The position numbers were made by a program, and so were the translations under genes. Below are positions 9,048 through 18,800 of a stretch of 64,000 nucleotides of DNA, piece after piece. Source of the stretch: a virus. Where the stretch lies: IMG/VR virus record IMGVR_UViG_3300037247_000703, positions 36,331 through 100,330 of that record. One strand, 5' to 3'. The notes under the pieces are model-generated. The model did not search any database, was not told the origin of the DNA, and was given only the letters and a program-made list of their open reading frames with translations. Numbering within the stretch: position 1 is the stretch's first letter; the number at the start of each line of letters is the position of its first letter.

Positions 9048-9340
9048 TTCGCTAGCTCGCTGCGTATCTGTGCGGCGATCTGCGCGCAGTGTTTCCCCCA
9101 CGGACCGTCGACGCCGTTGTCGTCGGCCATGATCAGTTCGTATAGCTCTGGATACTCCTTCTCGAACTCGGCGACACCGGTACAGTCGGAGAGCACAACC
9201 GGCAGCGCAGACCATAGCGCCGTCTGCGCGTTGCCCAGAGCGATCGCGAGCTGCGCGTGCTCGGCGCGCGCGCGATGACGCATCGGCAGCTTGTTGACGA
9301 TCTCGGCAAGCGTCAGCTCTCTACTCGGGCCGCCCATCAT
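9044..9340 (-). CDS. hypothetical protein
   Basis: ATGA overlap start. Confidence 0.6.
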   Translation of the reverse strand: MMGGPSRELTLAEIVNKLPMRHRARAEHAQLAIALGNAQTALWSALPVVLSDCTGVAEFEKEYPELYELIMADDNGVDGPWGKHCAQIAAQIRSELAK

Positions 9341-9900
9341 CCACCTTCCTTCGCAATCGCTTCGCACGCGCAGTGCAGCGCGCAGCCGCCGCAGGGTTCG
9401 CACGCGATATCGCCCCAACAGCCTCCGGGCGGTGGCGCATCCGAGCAACAGAACTCAACGCCCAGATCGTCGCCGTACAACAGGCGCCGCTGATCGGTCG
9501 CCATAAGAATCAACAACCAACCGGATTCCCTGAGTGCGTTCGTGCGCACGATTGTGTTCACCCTTGCCGTTATCGCTTTGTTCTCGATGATGATCGGCGC
9601 GTCGATGAATTCGATCTCTCGATGTAGCTCGGCGATCTGTTCTTCAAGGTGTCCGACGTCGAGAGCACGCCGACCGAGACAGGTGAAGCAATACTCGATC
9701 TGATGCACGCCCGGGATGTAGCGAAACCGCACCGCGCAGTCGACGCAGTACATGACCTCGGTACCGAGCGCGGCAAGTTCAGCTTCGGCGGCCTCGTGTC
9801 GTCGCTCGCTCTCGTCGAATCGTTGTTCGATCTTCGCGAGTTTGTCGAGGCGTTTGGCAGCGTGGCGCAGCGCCTCTAACGCATCGTTGTGGCTATCCAT
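9337..9900 (-). CDS. coiled-coil / Cys-rich hypothetical protein
   Basis: CVDC, CFTC, Cys-rich C-terminus. Confidence 0.65.
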   Translation of the reverse strand: MDSHNDALEALRHAAKRLDKLAKIEQRFDESERRHEAAEAELAALGTEVMYCVDCAVRFRYIPGVHQIEYCFTCLGRRALDVGHLEEQIAELHREIEFIDAPIIIENKAITARVNTIVRTNALRESGWLLILMATDQRRLLYGDDLGVEFCCSDAPPPGGCWGDIACEPCGGCALHCACEAIAKEGG

Positions 9901-10123
9901 CGTCGTCGGCCTTCATCGCTTTGAACAACTCCCTGAGCGCGTCGAGGGTTCGCGGCGAGTGGCCGCCCGAGTTGCAGAACTCGACGGACGAACCAAGACC
10001 CTCTTCACCGGACTCACGGACGGACACGATGATGTCGCCGTCGTCTTGCAACAACAGTCCAAGTCTGCCGTCGGGCGACATATCCTCGGTACGGCGGACA
10101 ATGCGTGGATCGCGATCAGCCAT
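9893..10123 (-). CDS. hypothetical protein
   Basis: MADRDPR...DDGDIIV...SVEFC.SGGHSP; SD GGAGG. Confidence 0.65.
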   Translation of the reverse strand: MADRDPRIVRRTEDMSPDGRLGLLLQDDGDIIVSVRESGEEGLGSSVEFCNSGGHSPRTLDALRELFKAMKADDDG

Positions 10124-10124
10124 G

Positions 10125-10547
10125 TCACTTGCCTCCGCCGGACAGCGCGCCTTCGAAGGCACAGGCCGCATCGCGGAGGATGCCTGCGGTGAACACGGTG
10201 CCGGCCGGTCCACGGTTCTGATCTTTCACCCACTCCTTCAGCCTCAAGTATTCGTCCGTCGTGAATCGGTCTGGTTCCTTGCTGACGGATGCCCTATCAT
10301 TGGCAACGGCGGCACGGGCGATACACACGACACACGGCGGCAAAAGAACACAGTGGGCGCGTACGTCGCCGATAGTTGGCACGTCGCGATCTAAACAGCC
10401 ATGAGCAGCGATCTCTCGTAGCTGTCTTTCCTGTTCGCGCAAGCGTTCCTCGGCCTCGATGAGCAGCTCGATGTAGAACTCAGTTTCGTTGTCGCCTTCT
10501 TCGCCGCGCCATCGCGCGATTCGGTCTGCAATGCTCATCTCCATCAT
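10125..10547 (-). CDS. hypothetical protein
   Basis: ATGA overlap with the radical SAM stop. Confidence 0.6.
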   Translation of the reverse strand: MMEMSIADRIARWRGEEGDNETEFYIELLIEAEERLREQERQLREIAAHGCLDRDVPTIGDVRAHCVLLPPCVVCIARAAVANDRASVSKEPDRFTTDEYLRLKEWVKDQNRGPAGTVFTAGILRDAACAFEGALSGGGK

Positions 10548-11548
10548 TCGCCTCCGTCCGGCATCCTGAGCAGCCGAAGCTGCGATGACTGCCTGCGTTT
10601 CAGTTTTCGTGGATTCCACCGAGCCGCGGTCCATTCTTTCCATGGGATCTTTTTGTCGTAGGCGCCGACCACCCATCGCTGAAATCCGAGCAGCTCCGGC
10701 GTGCGCTCGTAGGGCATCGGATAGGGTCGTGCGCCGAACTCGCGCAGTTGCCGGCGCCGCTTGTTGCGTTCCGCGTGCGCTTCACCGGGCTCGTAACCAA
10801 TCAGCATGTACACCATGATGTGATCGGGTTTGACGCCATGCCGAACGAGCGCCTTAAGACCGGCGAACAGTCGCCCGCGATCTTCCAGTCGATCCCATGC
10901 CGTATAGATCCGCCGCGTCTTGAAATCGAGCGAGCGATAGTTCATCGACGCCATCGCGCTCGCGCTCTCGTCGTCGAGGAAGCGAGCGTTGATGCCTTGC
11001 AACAGCGACACCCGGAACGGCCCCGCGTTGATCGCGTCAACGTGCTCACGCCAGTTCGGCTGCCCGAAGAAGTCGTTGTCTAGGAGGGCCAGATCCCGAG
11101 GCCACGGCTCGCCGCGCCACAGTTGCTCGACTGTCTGTGCGGCGCGAACCTTCCCCTCCTTCTGCGGCACGACGCAGAACTTGCAACGCAGCCGGCAGCC
11201 GCGTTGTGTGAATCCGATCGACGGTCGATAGCTCGGATAGATCGAGTAGTCTTGCACCGCCGTTGTGATGCCGCGGTCTTCGAGTGAGCCCGATACGCTC
11301 CATCCGGTTCCGCCCAGAATCGCGCTTGGGTATTCGCGCAGGACCGCATCGGCGACGGGCCGCGTCTTCAGGAAGATCAGCGAGCCGTAAACGCGGTCAA
11401 ACTCGTCGCCGAAACGACGGCACACGGTGGACGCGTTGCCGGCCTTGCGCAACTCTACGTCATCACCGAGAGCGCGGTGATGCGCAGCGATTCGCATCAA
11501 GGCAACGTTCGGCAACTTGCCATCGAGCTGCAAGAGCAACACCTTCAC
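10544..11548 (-). CDS. radical SAM enzyme
   Basis: TQRGCRLRCKFCVVP (CxxxCxxC), LDNDFF, YMLIGY. Confidence 0.88.
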   Translation of the reverse strand: MKVLLLQLDGKLPNVALMRIAAHHRALGDDVELRKAGNASTVCRRFGDEFDRVYGSLIFLKTRPVADAVLREYPSAILGGTGWSVSGSLEDRGITTAVQDYSIYPSYRPSIGFTQRGCRLRCKFCVVPQKEGKVRAAQTVEQLWRGEPWPRDLALLDNDFFGQPNWREHVDAINAGPFRVSLLQGINARFLDDESASAMASMNYRSLDFKTRRIYTAWDRLEDRGRLFAGLKALVRHGVKPDHIMVYMLIGYEPGEAHAERNKRRRQLREFGARPYPMPYERTPELLGFQRWVVGAYDKKIPWKEWTAARWNPRKLKRRQSSQLRLLRMPDGGE

Positions 11549-11856
11549 TAGTCCGCGCCTCCGTCTTCCGACATCATCTTCGTCGCCTTGCTGATGCGGT
11601 CACCGAGTGCGGTGATCAGCAACACCGACAGCAGCTCCCACGGTCCGATACGTTTGCTCTTGCGCGGCCAGCCGCGGATCCGCCCGCGCTTCCACACCTT
11701 GTTCGTGTTCTTGGAGTAGTGCGCGCCCTTGTAGATTTCGAATAGGTAGTTACCGCGCATGCTATCGCCGCTGCCGTCGTTGATGATGTGCGCGCGGCCA
11801 AGGTCAATGACATCGCCCTTGCCGGCACGATGGAACTCTAGCTTGATGACGATCAC
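11548..11856 (-). CDS. hypothetical protein
   Basis: IINDGSG..RGNY motif; TAGTG coupling to the next gene. Confidence 0.7.
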   Translation of the reverse strand: MIVIKLEFHRAGKGDVIDLGRAHIINDGSGDSMRGNYLFEIYKGAHYSKNTNKVWKRGRIRGWPRKSKRIGPWELLSVLLITALGDRISKATKMMSEDGGAD

Positions 11857-11859
11857 CGT

Positions 11860-12132
11860 CTACTGACCCTTGAGCGCCGCGCGCGCCTCGAACGATGCGT
11901 TATCGCAATCCTTCTCGACCTCGCTCAGAGAGTCGGACAGATTCTCAACGTCATCGGGATCGGGGCCGCCTTGTCGTTGTGCTGCCCCCGCCTTGCGCGA
12001 TATCTCGTCGAGCGCATCCGCTGCGCTGTCGAGCGCGGTAGTCAGGTCGTCGATGCGATCTACGATCTCACCGGCATCGTGCCATTCGCCTTCGACGTGA
12101 ATTCTAACTTCTGTGTCGCCATCAGTTGCCAT
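11860..12132 (-). CDS. acidic coiled-coil hypothetical protein
   Basis: Start MATDGD after AAGGGCGACGACG. Confidence 0.65.
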   Translation of the reverse strand: MATDGDTEVRIHVEGEWHDAGEIVDRIDDLTTALDSAADALDEISRKAGAAQRQGGPDPDDVENLSDSLSEVEKDCDNASFEARAALKGQ

Positions 12133-12157
12133 CGTCGTCGCCCTTCGTTGTAGTTGA

Positions 12158-12319
12158 CTACGTTTTGCTCTCAGCAAACATGACGAATTGTTCGAACCAG
12201 TCTGGCTCGCCCTGATCTTCAACTTTTGCTTCGGGATACTTTCGGTTGCATTCATCGATGTAGGCGTTGAACTCGTCCACATCCTTGTGAAGCTGTTTGA
12301 TGAACTCGATCTTCGTCAT
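12158..12319 (-). CDS. 53-aa hypothetical protein (absent from the ORF track)
   Basis: Hand-translated MTKIEFIKQLHKDVDEFNAYIDECNRKYPE...; SD AAGGG; fills the gap. Confidence 0.6.
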   Translation of the reverse strand: MTKIEFIKQLHKDVDEFNAYIDECNRKYPEAKVEDQGEPDWFEQFVMFAESKT

Positions 12320-12333
12320 CGTCGCCGTCCCTT

Positions 12334-14121
12334 CTATCCCTCTAGAAAAAGCATGTCGGCCGCCGTGGTTTTACTCGGCGCCGAGTAGATGACCAGCCCC
12401 AGGCTTCGAAGCTGGCCGCGCAGATTGTTGAAGTTGCCGGACGTCTTGCGGTAGTCCGCTTGCTCAGCGAGTTCCTCGTTGGACAGGCCATCCGGCCAAT
12501 GCTCAAGGAGCGGCGCGAGCAGTCGCCGCTGTGACGCCGTCACCATGCCGAGAACGGTCTGATGCAGTTCCTCGGTCGTCGGCAGCTTCTCGGGCCTGTT
12601 CGCCAGAGCGGCGCCCTCAACCGTGAGTTCTGTCTTGCCGCTCACGTACTGCACGAACCCCTTTGCCTTGAGCTTGCCTCGGAGGTTGTGGAAGTTTCCG
12701 CTCGTTGGTTTGTACCTTGCGAAAAACGCCATCGAGAAGTGATTCGCCGGCTTGATGCCGATGCTTTCGAGGCGCGCGAGCGAGTCGAGCAGCCGTTGCT
12801 CCGACTTGTTAATGTCATTCGCCTCCGAGTCTTGCTGCGGGCCAGCGGGTGCACGCGCAGGCGCGGTCGTGCGCCGCTGTTTTGTCGCCGCCTCTCTCGC
12901 TTCAGGATTCGATGCCTTCAACTTGGCTAGCGTGGCCTGCGCCTTCGCGATACGCGCCGAGAGCGTCTTCAAGGTGCCGGCCGCATCAGTCAGCAGCCGT
13001 GTTGACGTGTCCATGTCGCCCATCACGCCGGACACAAGCTCGGTCATGTCTTCGAAATCTTCGACCTCGAACGGGGTGAGGATCTGAACGATGGCTTCGG
13101 CTTCGTGCTTCTCGTTCGCAAGCCCGCGCTCTAGCTCAGCGATGCGCTTCTGTTGCGCGCGCACCTTCTTCGCGAGTTCTTTCGGGTCGGTCTCTTTGGC
13201 CTTTTCGATCGTGGCTTCGAGCGCCTCGCGAATGCTGCCGACGTTGATCTCGGACAGTTTCGGGGGTGGTTTGTCTTCCTGCCCGAACTCGGGTGTCGCG
13301 CTAGCGTCGTAGGTCCACTTCTTCGAGATTTTTACTTGCTCGAAGATGCGGCGACGGGGGGACCATATGAACGCCTCGCCCTTCGCGAGTTCATCGAGCG
13401 TGCCCCACCAATCGTCACCGGAGAGCGACTTCGCTACCTCATTGACCCATTCGCGCACCGCTTTCTTTTCGTGCTTCCCGACGAGTTGCAACACGATGAG
13501 GTTCTGCGCTTGGTTGAGTACGTCTTTGTTGACCGACTGCGGACGCTGATCCATCAGCGTGAGCCCGATGCCGTAGTTCCGGCCACGCCGCGCGATGTCC
13601 TCGATGGCACCGAGCATGCGCGCTGCGCCTTCGTCGCCTTTACGCAGGGTCTGCGGCACGAACACGCGCGCCTCTTCGAGCATCAGATTGACTGCCGATC
13701 TGTTCTTGCGCTTCATCACGAAGAACTCTTCCGCGAAGTCCGCCATCCAACGACGCATGTGCGACTTGCGGAAGTGCGAGACGTCGATGACCGCGCTGAT
13801 CCTCTCTTTGACGAGAAGCCTCGCCACCTCGGCGCCAGACTCCTTGGGTAGCGGCAGGTCGCCTTGATCGCCGCCGAAGATCGGTATGTCGAGTCCGCGC
13901 CCCTTGCCGTTGGCCTTGAGGCGCAAGCCGTACCAGTTGCCGACTGGCTCGACCGCGATGAACTGCGCGCCTAGCCGGTGCATCTCTTCGGCGTACCGGC
14001 CGCCCGTGTAGGTCTTGCCCGAGCCCGAGATGCCCATGATGGCCGTGACCTCAGTGATGATCGATGGCGGCAGTTGCAGCCATCGACCGCCGCGCTTCGC
14101 GAGCTTGATGATCTCTCCCAT
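12334..14121 (-). CDS. HerA/FtsK-like (DUF87) ATPase with coiled coil and two C-terminal winged-helix repeats
   Basis: Walker A GISGSGKT, Walker B LMLEEA, RRGRNYG, DQRP; repeated TSGNFxNLRGxL. Confidence 0.85.
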   Translation of the reverse strand: MGEIIKLAKRGGRWLQLPPSIITEVTAIMGISGSGKTYTGGRYAEEMHRLGAQFIAVEPVGNWYGLRLKANGKGRGLDIPIFGGDQGDLPLPKESGAEVARLLVKERISAVIDVSHFRKSHMRRWMADFAEEFFVMKRKNRSAVNLMLEEARVFVPQTLRKGDEGAARMLGAIEDIARRGRNYGIGLTLMDQRPQSVNKDVLNQAQNLIVLQLVGKHEKKAVREWVNEVAKSLSGDDWWGTLDELAKGEAFIWSPRRRIFEQVKISKKWTYDASATPEFGQEDKPPPKLSEINVGSIREALEATIEKAKETDPKELAKKVRAQQKRIAELERGLANEKHEAEAIVQILTPFEVEDFEDMTELVSGVMGDMDTSTRLLTDAAGTLKTLSARIAKAQATLAKLKASNPEAREAATKQRRTTAPARAPAGPQQDSEANDINKSEQRLLDSLARLESIGIKPANHFSMAFFARYKPTSGNFHNLRGKLKAKGFVQYVSGKTELTVEGAALANRPEKLPTTEELHQTVLGMVTASQRRLLAPLLEHWPDGLSNEELAEQADYRKTSGNFNNLRGQLRSLGLVIYSAPSKTTAADMLFLEG

Positions 14122-14133
14122 CGTCGTTCTCCC

Positions 14134-14805
14134 CTATCTCTCGATCGTCAACGCCCACAGCCCGTCATCGCGCTCCGACCACTCGCCGATATTGATGCTC
14201 TTGCCATTGCCGTCTTCGATCTCGACAAAGCGGGCGGGCGCATGCGAGGGCGGACCGTCGAAGACGATGACGATCTTGTCGGGCTTGGGCTCCGGGCTGT
14301 GCCTGTTTCGAAGATCGGGATGCTCCTGCTCGATCATCTTGAGCGCGGTGTCAACCTGATGAACGCGAAGCTGTGGCGCGATACCGCTGAGCCATTGGTG
14401 CACGTTGGTGATCAGGCCAAGCGCGAGCAGCAATCGGCTGCCGGTATTCACGGGCACGTCGTGCAACTTCTCTCCCATGCGCAAGGTGGCGAGCGAATTC
14501 TCGATGTGCTTTCGCACGTTGTCGATCAGGTCGTAGGACAGCGCCGCGTGTAACTCGGCCTCGACCTGTTCGAGCGCATCAGCCACGGCGCGCAAGCCCT
14601 TCGTCGCTCGCGCGAATGGCGTCGGGCCTTCGAACGGTGCCATGAGCCAGCCGGCGAGCATCGGCGCCGCGGCACCGGGGAACCAGACGCGGCCCGCCGC
14701 TTCTTCGTCATTCGAGATCAGCTCGATGCCATCGTCGAGCCGTCGGGCGACGATCGTGCTATTGCCGTCATCGCTCGACCATACGGTGATCAGTTCATTG
14801 CTCAT
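14134..14805 (-). CDS. hypothetical protein
   Basis: C-terminal IVFDGPPSH..RFVEIEDGNGKSINIGEW motif; ATGA coupled to the primase. Confidence 0.7.
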   Translation of the reverse strand: MSNELITVWSSDDGNSTIVARRLDDGIELISNDEEAAGRVWFPGAAAPMLAGWLMAPFEGPTPFARATKGLRAVADALEQVEAELHAALSYDLIDNVRKHIENSLATLRMGEKLHDVPVNTGSRLLLALGLITNVHQWLSGIAPQLRVHQVDTALKMIEQEHPDLRNRHSPEPKPDKIVIVFDGPPSHAPARFVEIEDGNGKSINIGEWSERDDGLWALTIER

Positions 14806-17800
14806 TTGCTTTCTCCGTCAACGCCGTCTAGCTCGGCTTGGAAGCCCCATGATTTTTCGTTCTCGACAGGGAACGGCTCGATATCGAGACCGTTCGGAAT
14901 CTCGTCGACCTTGATGCGCAAGCATCGCCGGATCGACTCGGCGAGCTTCACGCGCGCATCGTTGCGCTTGATGTAGGAGCCGCGCTCGATCTTCTCGCGG
15001 ATGACTCGGCGCAATGCGCGCAAGCCGTTCGTCGCGTCTTCTAGCCCTTGCTTCTTCCGCTCGCGCAGGTACACGCCGTAAGCGGTCTGAACGTGCAGCG
15101 CGATCTCCCCGTCGATGCCGGCGTAGTGAATGCCCTCGCGCAACGTGCCTTCCTGCGCGCATGCCGACAGCGATTCGAGAAACTGATCGAAGACGTCTTT
15201 CGCCCCGGCCTCGCCTTCAAGGAAGTCGTCACATTGGTAGGCGATCGCCGCCTGGAAGTCGGGGTCGGGCAACGAGACGCCTAGATTCTCACCGAAGCTC
15301 TGATAGGCGATCAGCCCGAACGCCATGACGACGAGATTGTCGATCACGCGACCGGGCACGTCTTCGGCGCCGCTGATGATGCTCTTGCCGTCGTCATCGG
15401 CTTGGGCGAGAAACTTGTTCGTAATCGACCGCGCCGCGTCGAGCCAGTCACCGAACGGCGCCTGCACCGCGAACTGGATCATCGGCAAGGCGAGCGCGCC
15501 CAAGTCGGCACGCCGGCAGATCGCGAACGCGCGGTGATGCTCGGGTGAGAGTTCGATCGTGTTCTTGTTCGGTGACGAACACAGGATACGCTCGGCGACG
15601 GCGGGGTCATGGTCGGGCTTGTTCTCGCCTGTGACGGACAGCGGCGCCGCGAGCACGTAGTTCGCCAGCGTCAGATCCGGCCGCCCACGCGATTCGGTCT
15701 CGCCACCATAGACGCGCCGCACGTAACGCATCAGTCGGTTGACGTTGCGCTTGAGCATGTCCGCCGGCTTGTACTCGTCGAGAACGATCGGCACGCCGTT
15801 CGTCGAGCTGAGCAGTCGCAGCATCGAGAACTCGGTCTCGGTCGCCGAGAACGGCTCGGCGTCGGTGACGCCATGAATACGCCAGAAGATTAGTTGCAGC
15901 GACGTCTTACCCGAGCCCTGTGTGCCCCAGTTCCACAGAATCGGAAAGTGACCCATCGCATCGGTGATCGGCTTGCGGAACGGCGCCGCGAAGTACCAGC
16001 CAATCAGCGGTAGCATCACGGCCGGCGTGTTGAGCTTCATCAGGTTTGGCAAGACCTCGGCCGCGATCTCCTTGACCTTCGCTTCGTCGACGACGGTGTA
16101 CTTGACGCGCGCCGCGAGTGGGGAGCCGTTGGCGACGTAGGCAAGTTTTTCGTCGGCCTCGATGCCGTTCGGTCCGATGATGCCTTCCGGTGTAATCCAT
16201 CGAACGTCACCACTAGCGCCGTTGGCGTACCACCCGAGCATGGTCGAGCCCGTGCGCTTCACAACGTCGGCGTCGGCGACGATGCGCAGGAGGCCCTGAA
16301 CCTGATCGTCATTGCCGGTCCATTGCAGGTCAGGCGAGATCCGCGTGATCGCCGCGAGGAATTGCCGCCGGCCCTGCCATGCGTTCGGCGGGAAGGCCAC
16401 GCCCTTGATCGTCTTGTTCTTGTCCGTGATGATGTCGCCTGTGATCTGCTCGACCCCCTCGACGCTCACGCGCTCGGTCGGGGTGATCTTGAACGACGAC
16501 AAGACAACCATGTCGCCATCCATGTTATGCGTGAAGTAGAAGTTCACGCCCTCGACGATCTCGCCCTTGAGCCGTTCGCGTTTGTCTTCTTCTTCCTTCG
16601 CGGCATCGCGCTTCTTCTTCTTTAGGAACTCGGCGCGGTCGCGAATCAGTTTCTTGACGTCAGCCTTGCCGACCTTGAACCGCTTGGCGATCGTCGCGAT
16701 GTATCCGGTCTGCTCGATGGCCGCCATGCCGACGAGTACATCGATCGCCGGTTCGAGCTTGCGGCCGATCTGGCTTGGCTCGGTCGCAGGCGACACGCGC
16801 TCGATCAGGTACTCGGGCAACCGTGTCGCGTGTTCGAGCACGCTGAGCAGCTCAGTGCCGCTGTTGGCGCGCAGGAACTCGTTGACGTCGATTTTGTCTA
16901 CGCCATCGGGCTTCGGCAGTTGTGCGAGCCGTGCATCGACGCCAGCCGCGAACAGAATCGATGCCGTCTTGACGGCGCCCTTTTCGCCCGCGCCGCTGTC
17001 TTCGGCGTCGTTGCAGATGACGAGCCGCTTGACGCGCTTGGCGAGCTTGACGAGTTTCTCGGTATCCTTGTCGCGGAAGCGAACGGTGACGGGCGAGATA
17101 CATGGGATGCCGACTTGTTGTGCGCTGATGCAATCGGTCACGCCCTCAGTGACGAGCCCGACGTCGATGACTCCGGTGAACGCGTCTTCGTTGTAGAAGA
17201 TCGAGTTCTCGATGTGGTCGCTCACGTAGGGGTGCTTCTCGCTGTGCGTCAGTAGCTTTTTGTACTTCGCCAGCTCGTGAGGGTCATCGCCCGAGTACGG
17301 CTCGCACCGCCGCGCGATGGCGTACTTCGGCATGCCGTGCTTCCAATAGGGGAAGACGATCCGATCCGCGAAAAAATCGACGATTTTTCCATTTCGGAAT
17401 TTGATGAACAGCCCCGACGCGAGGCACTGATCCTCTTCGAACCCCTCCCCCTTCAGATACTCGAACAGCCGACCGTTGCGCCCCTTGTGATCGACCTGCG
17501 GCCCCGCCCATCCGAGCATCAATCGATCGATCGTCTCGTCGATGAAGCCATAGTGATCGCGCAAGACCTCGTTGCGGATCTTGCTCGGTAGCGCGTTGTG
17601 GTAGTAGATGAACGCCGCTTCCAGTACCTTGCCGATCGCGTGCTGCGCGACGTAGCGCGCCTCCTGCTCGGCGGTGCGCTCCATGCGTTCGACGCCGTAG
17701 CGGTCGGCGAGGTAGTCGGCCGCAGCCATGAACGACCATCCGCGGATCTCTTGCAGCCACGAGAACACGTCGCCGCCTCGGTCGCCGCCGAAGTCGCGCC

Positions 17801-17957
17801 ACGTCCCGTTAGGCCATGCGATCAGCGACGGCCAATCAGCAGCGCCGCGGTATACGTTGCCGCTTTCGGTTAGTCCAGTGACGTCTTCGAGCATGACCTC
17901 GAACAGGTTGGCCCGTTCGCGGATCTTCTCGATGTAGTCTTTGAACTCGACCGACAC
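14802..17957 (-). CDS. DNA primase-helicase (DnaG-type TOPRIM plus C-terminal P-loop ATPase)
   Basis: RIVFP, VTEGVTDC, CNDAED..G, KIDVNEF; GTQGSGKT, IVLDEYK. Confidence 0.9.
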   Translation of the reverse strand: MSVEFKDYIEKIRERANLFEVMLEDVTGLTESGNVYRGAADWPSLIAWPNGTWRDFGGDRGGDVFSWLQEIRGWSFMAAADYLADRYGVERMERTAEQEARYVAQHAIGKVLEAAFIYYHNALPSKIRNEVLRDHYGFIDETIDRLMLGWAGPQVDHKGRNGRLFEYLKGEGFEEDQCLASGLFIKFRNGKIVDFFADRIVFPYWKHGMPKYAIARRCEPYSGDDPHELAKYKKLLTHSEKHPYVSDHIENSIFYNEDAFTGVIDVGLVTEGVTDCISAQQVGIPCISPVTVRFRDKDTEKLVKLAKRVKRLVICNDAEDSGAGEKGAVKTASILFAAGVDARLAQLPKPDGVDKIDVNEFLRANSGTELLSVLEHATRLPEYLIERVSPATEPSQIGRKLEPAIDVLVGMAAIEQTGYIATIAKRFKVGKADVKKLIRDRAEFLKKKKRDAAKEEEDKRERLKGEIVEGVNFYFTHNMDGDMVVLSSFKITPTERVSVEGVEQITGDIITDKNKTIKGVAFPPNAWQGRRQFLAAITRISPDLQWTGNDDQVQGLLRIVADADVVKRTGSTMLGWYANGASGDVRWITPEGIIGPNGIEADEKLAYVANGSPLAARVKYTVVDEAKVKEIAAEVLPNLMKLNTPAVMLPLIGWYFAAPFRKPITDAMGHFPILWNWGTQGSGKTSLQLIFWRIHGVTDAEPFSATETEFSMLRLLSSTNGVPIVLDEYKPADMLKRNVNRLMRYVRRVYGGETESRGRPDLTLANYVLAAPLSVTGENKPDHDPAVAERILCSSPNKNTIELSPEHHRAFAICRRADLGALALPMIQFAVQAPFGDWLDAARSITNKFLAQADDDGKSIISGAEDVPGRVIDNLVVMAFGLIAYQSFGENLGVSLPDPDFQAAIAYQCDDFLEGEAGAKDVFDQFLESLSACAQEGTLREGIHYAGIDGEIALHVQTAYGVYLRERKKQGLEDATNGLRALRRVIREKIERGSYIKRNDARVKLAESIRRCLRIKVDEIPNGLDIEPFPVENEKSWGFQAELDGVDGESK

Positions 17958-17962
17958 AGTGT

Positions 17963-18253
17963 TCAGTTCTCTGTGGTCAACATGGGGAACATTGGTTGCG
18001 CGAGATCGCGGCGCATCTCGTCGCCGAACTCTCGCAGCCCGACTAAGCCGTGCACGCTGTGAAGCTGTCGCAACGAATAGCAGATTCGCACTACCTCTTC
18101 GCGCGGTATTTCGTTGGCGTATCGGTCTGCAATGGCTTTAGCGAAGGCTTCATACGACTCGACGAACGCATCGATCTGTGCGCAGATTTGATCCACGAGA
18201 TCGATCGTGATGATCGAAATCGTGCCGCGCAGCATGATGGTTTCATAGGTCAT
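17963..18253 (-). CDS. hypothetical protein
   Basis: Overlap-coupled ORF. Confidence 0.55.
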   Translation of the reverse strand: MTYETIMLRGTISIITIDLVDQICAQIDAFVESYEAFAKAIADRYANEIPREEVVRICYSLRQLHSVHGLVGLREFGDEMRRDLAQPMFPMLTTEN

Positions 18254-18528
18254 CCGCGCAGCTTGTCGGCGAAGTGCTTGTTGACTCTGCCCGCCTCGTA
18301 GCCGGGCAACTCGCTAACCGGTTGCTTGAGCGCGTTGTCGCTATCCCACGGCACGGGTGTCGGTGCCTCTGTGATCTGATCGACGCAGCACTGACCGATG
18401 TTGACCTCGCGCTCCGTCTCCGAGCCGAACGAATCGCGATAGTGCTTCAGTCGCTTGGCGGTGATGACCTTGACTGGTCGTTCTCCTGCCGGCCGTACCT
18501 TGCCACAGTTGTCGCATCGAAAGCTCAC
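18250..18528 (-). CDS. Zn-ribbon hypothetical protein
   Basis: MSFRCDNCGK...GQCC; GTGA overlap. Confidence 0.65.
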   Translation of the reverse strand: MSFRCDNCGKVRPAGERPVKVITAKRLKHYRDSFGSETEREVNIGQCCVDQITEAPTPVPWDSDNALKQPVSELPGYEAGRVNKHFADKLRG

Positions 18529-18800
18529 GTTTTCCTCCGTAGTAGTTTGCGCAGCATCGAGGCCGCGTCGGCGCATCGGTCCTGTGCATCGCCTTGTGTG
18601 ATGTCTTCCAGGGTCGCGAGCACGTCGATGATCGCGTCGTCGTGTTTGATGATTTCTCCGCAGGAGTCGCATACGCCATCGGTAAGCATGCGCACGTCGC
18701 CGCACATCGAGCACCGTGGGATCGACTTGGCCCGGATCGGCTCGCGCTCGCTCTCGCCATCGGGACAAACGACCGCGAGGATCAACGGGAGCTTCTTCAC
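18525..18800 (-). CDS. Zn-finger hypothetical protein
   Basis: CSMCG..CDSCG. Confidence 0.6.
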   Translation of the reverse strand: MKKLPLILAVVCPDGESEREPIRAKSIPRCSMCGDVRMLTDGVCDSCGEIIKHDDAIIDVLATLEDITQGDAQDRCADAASMLRKLLRRKT

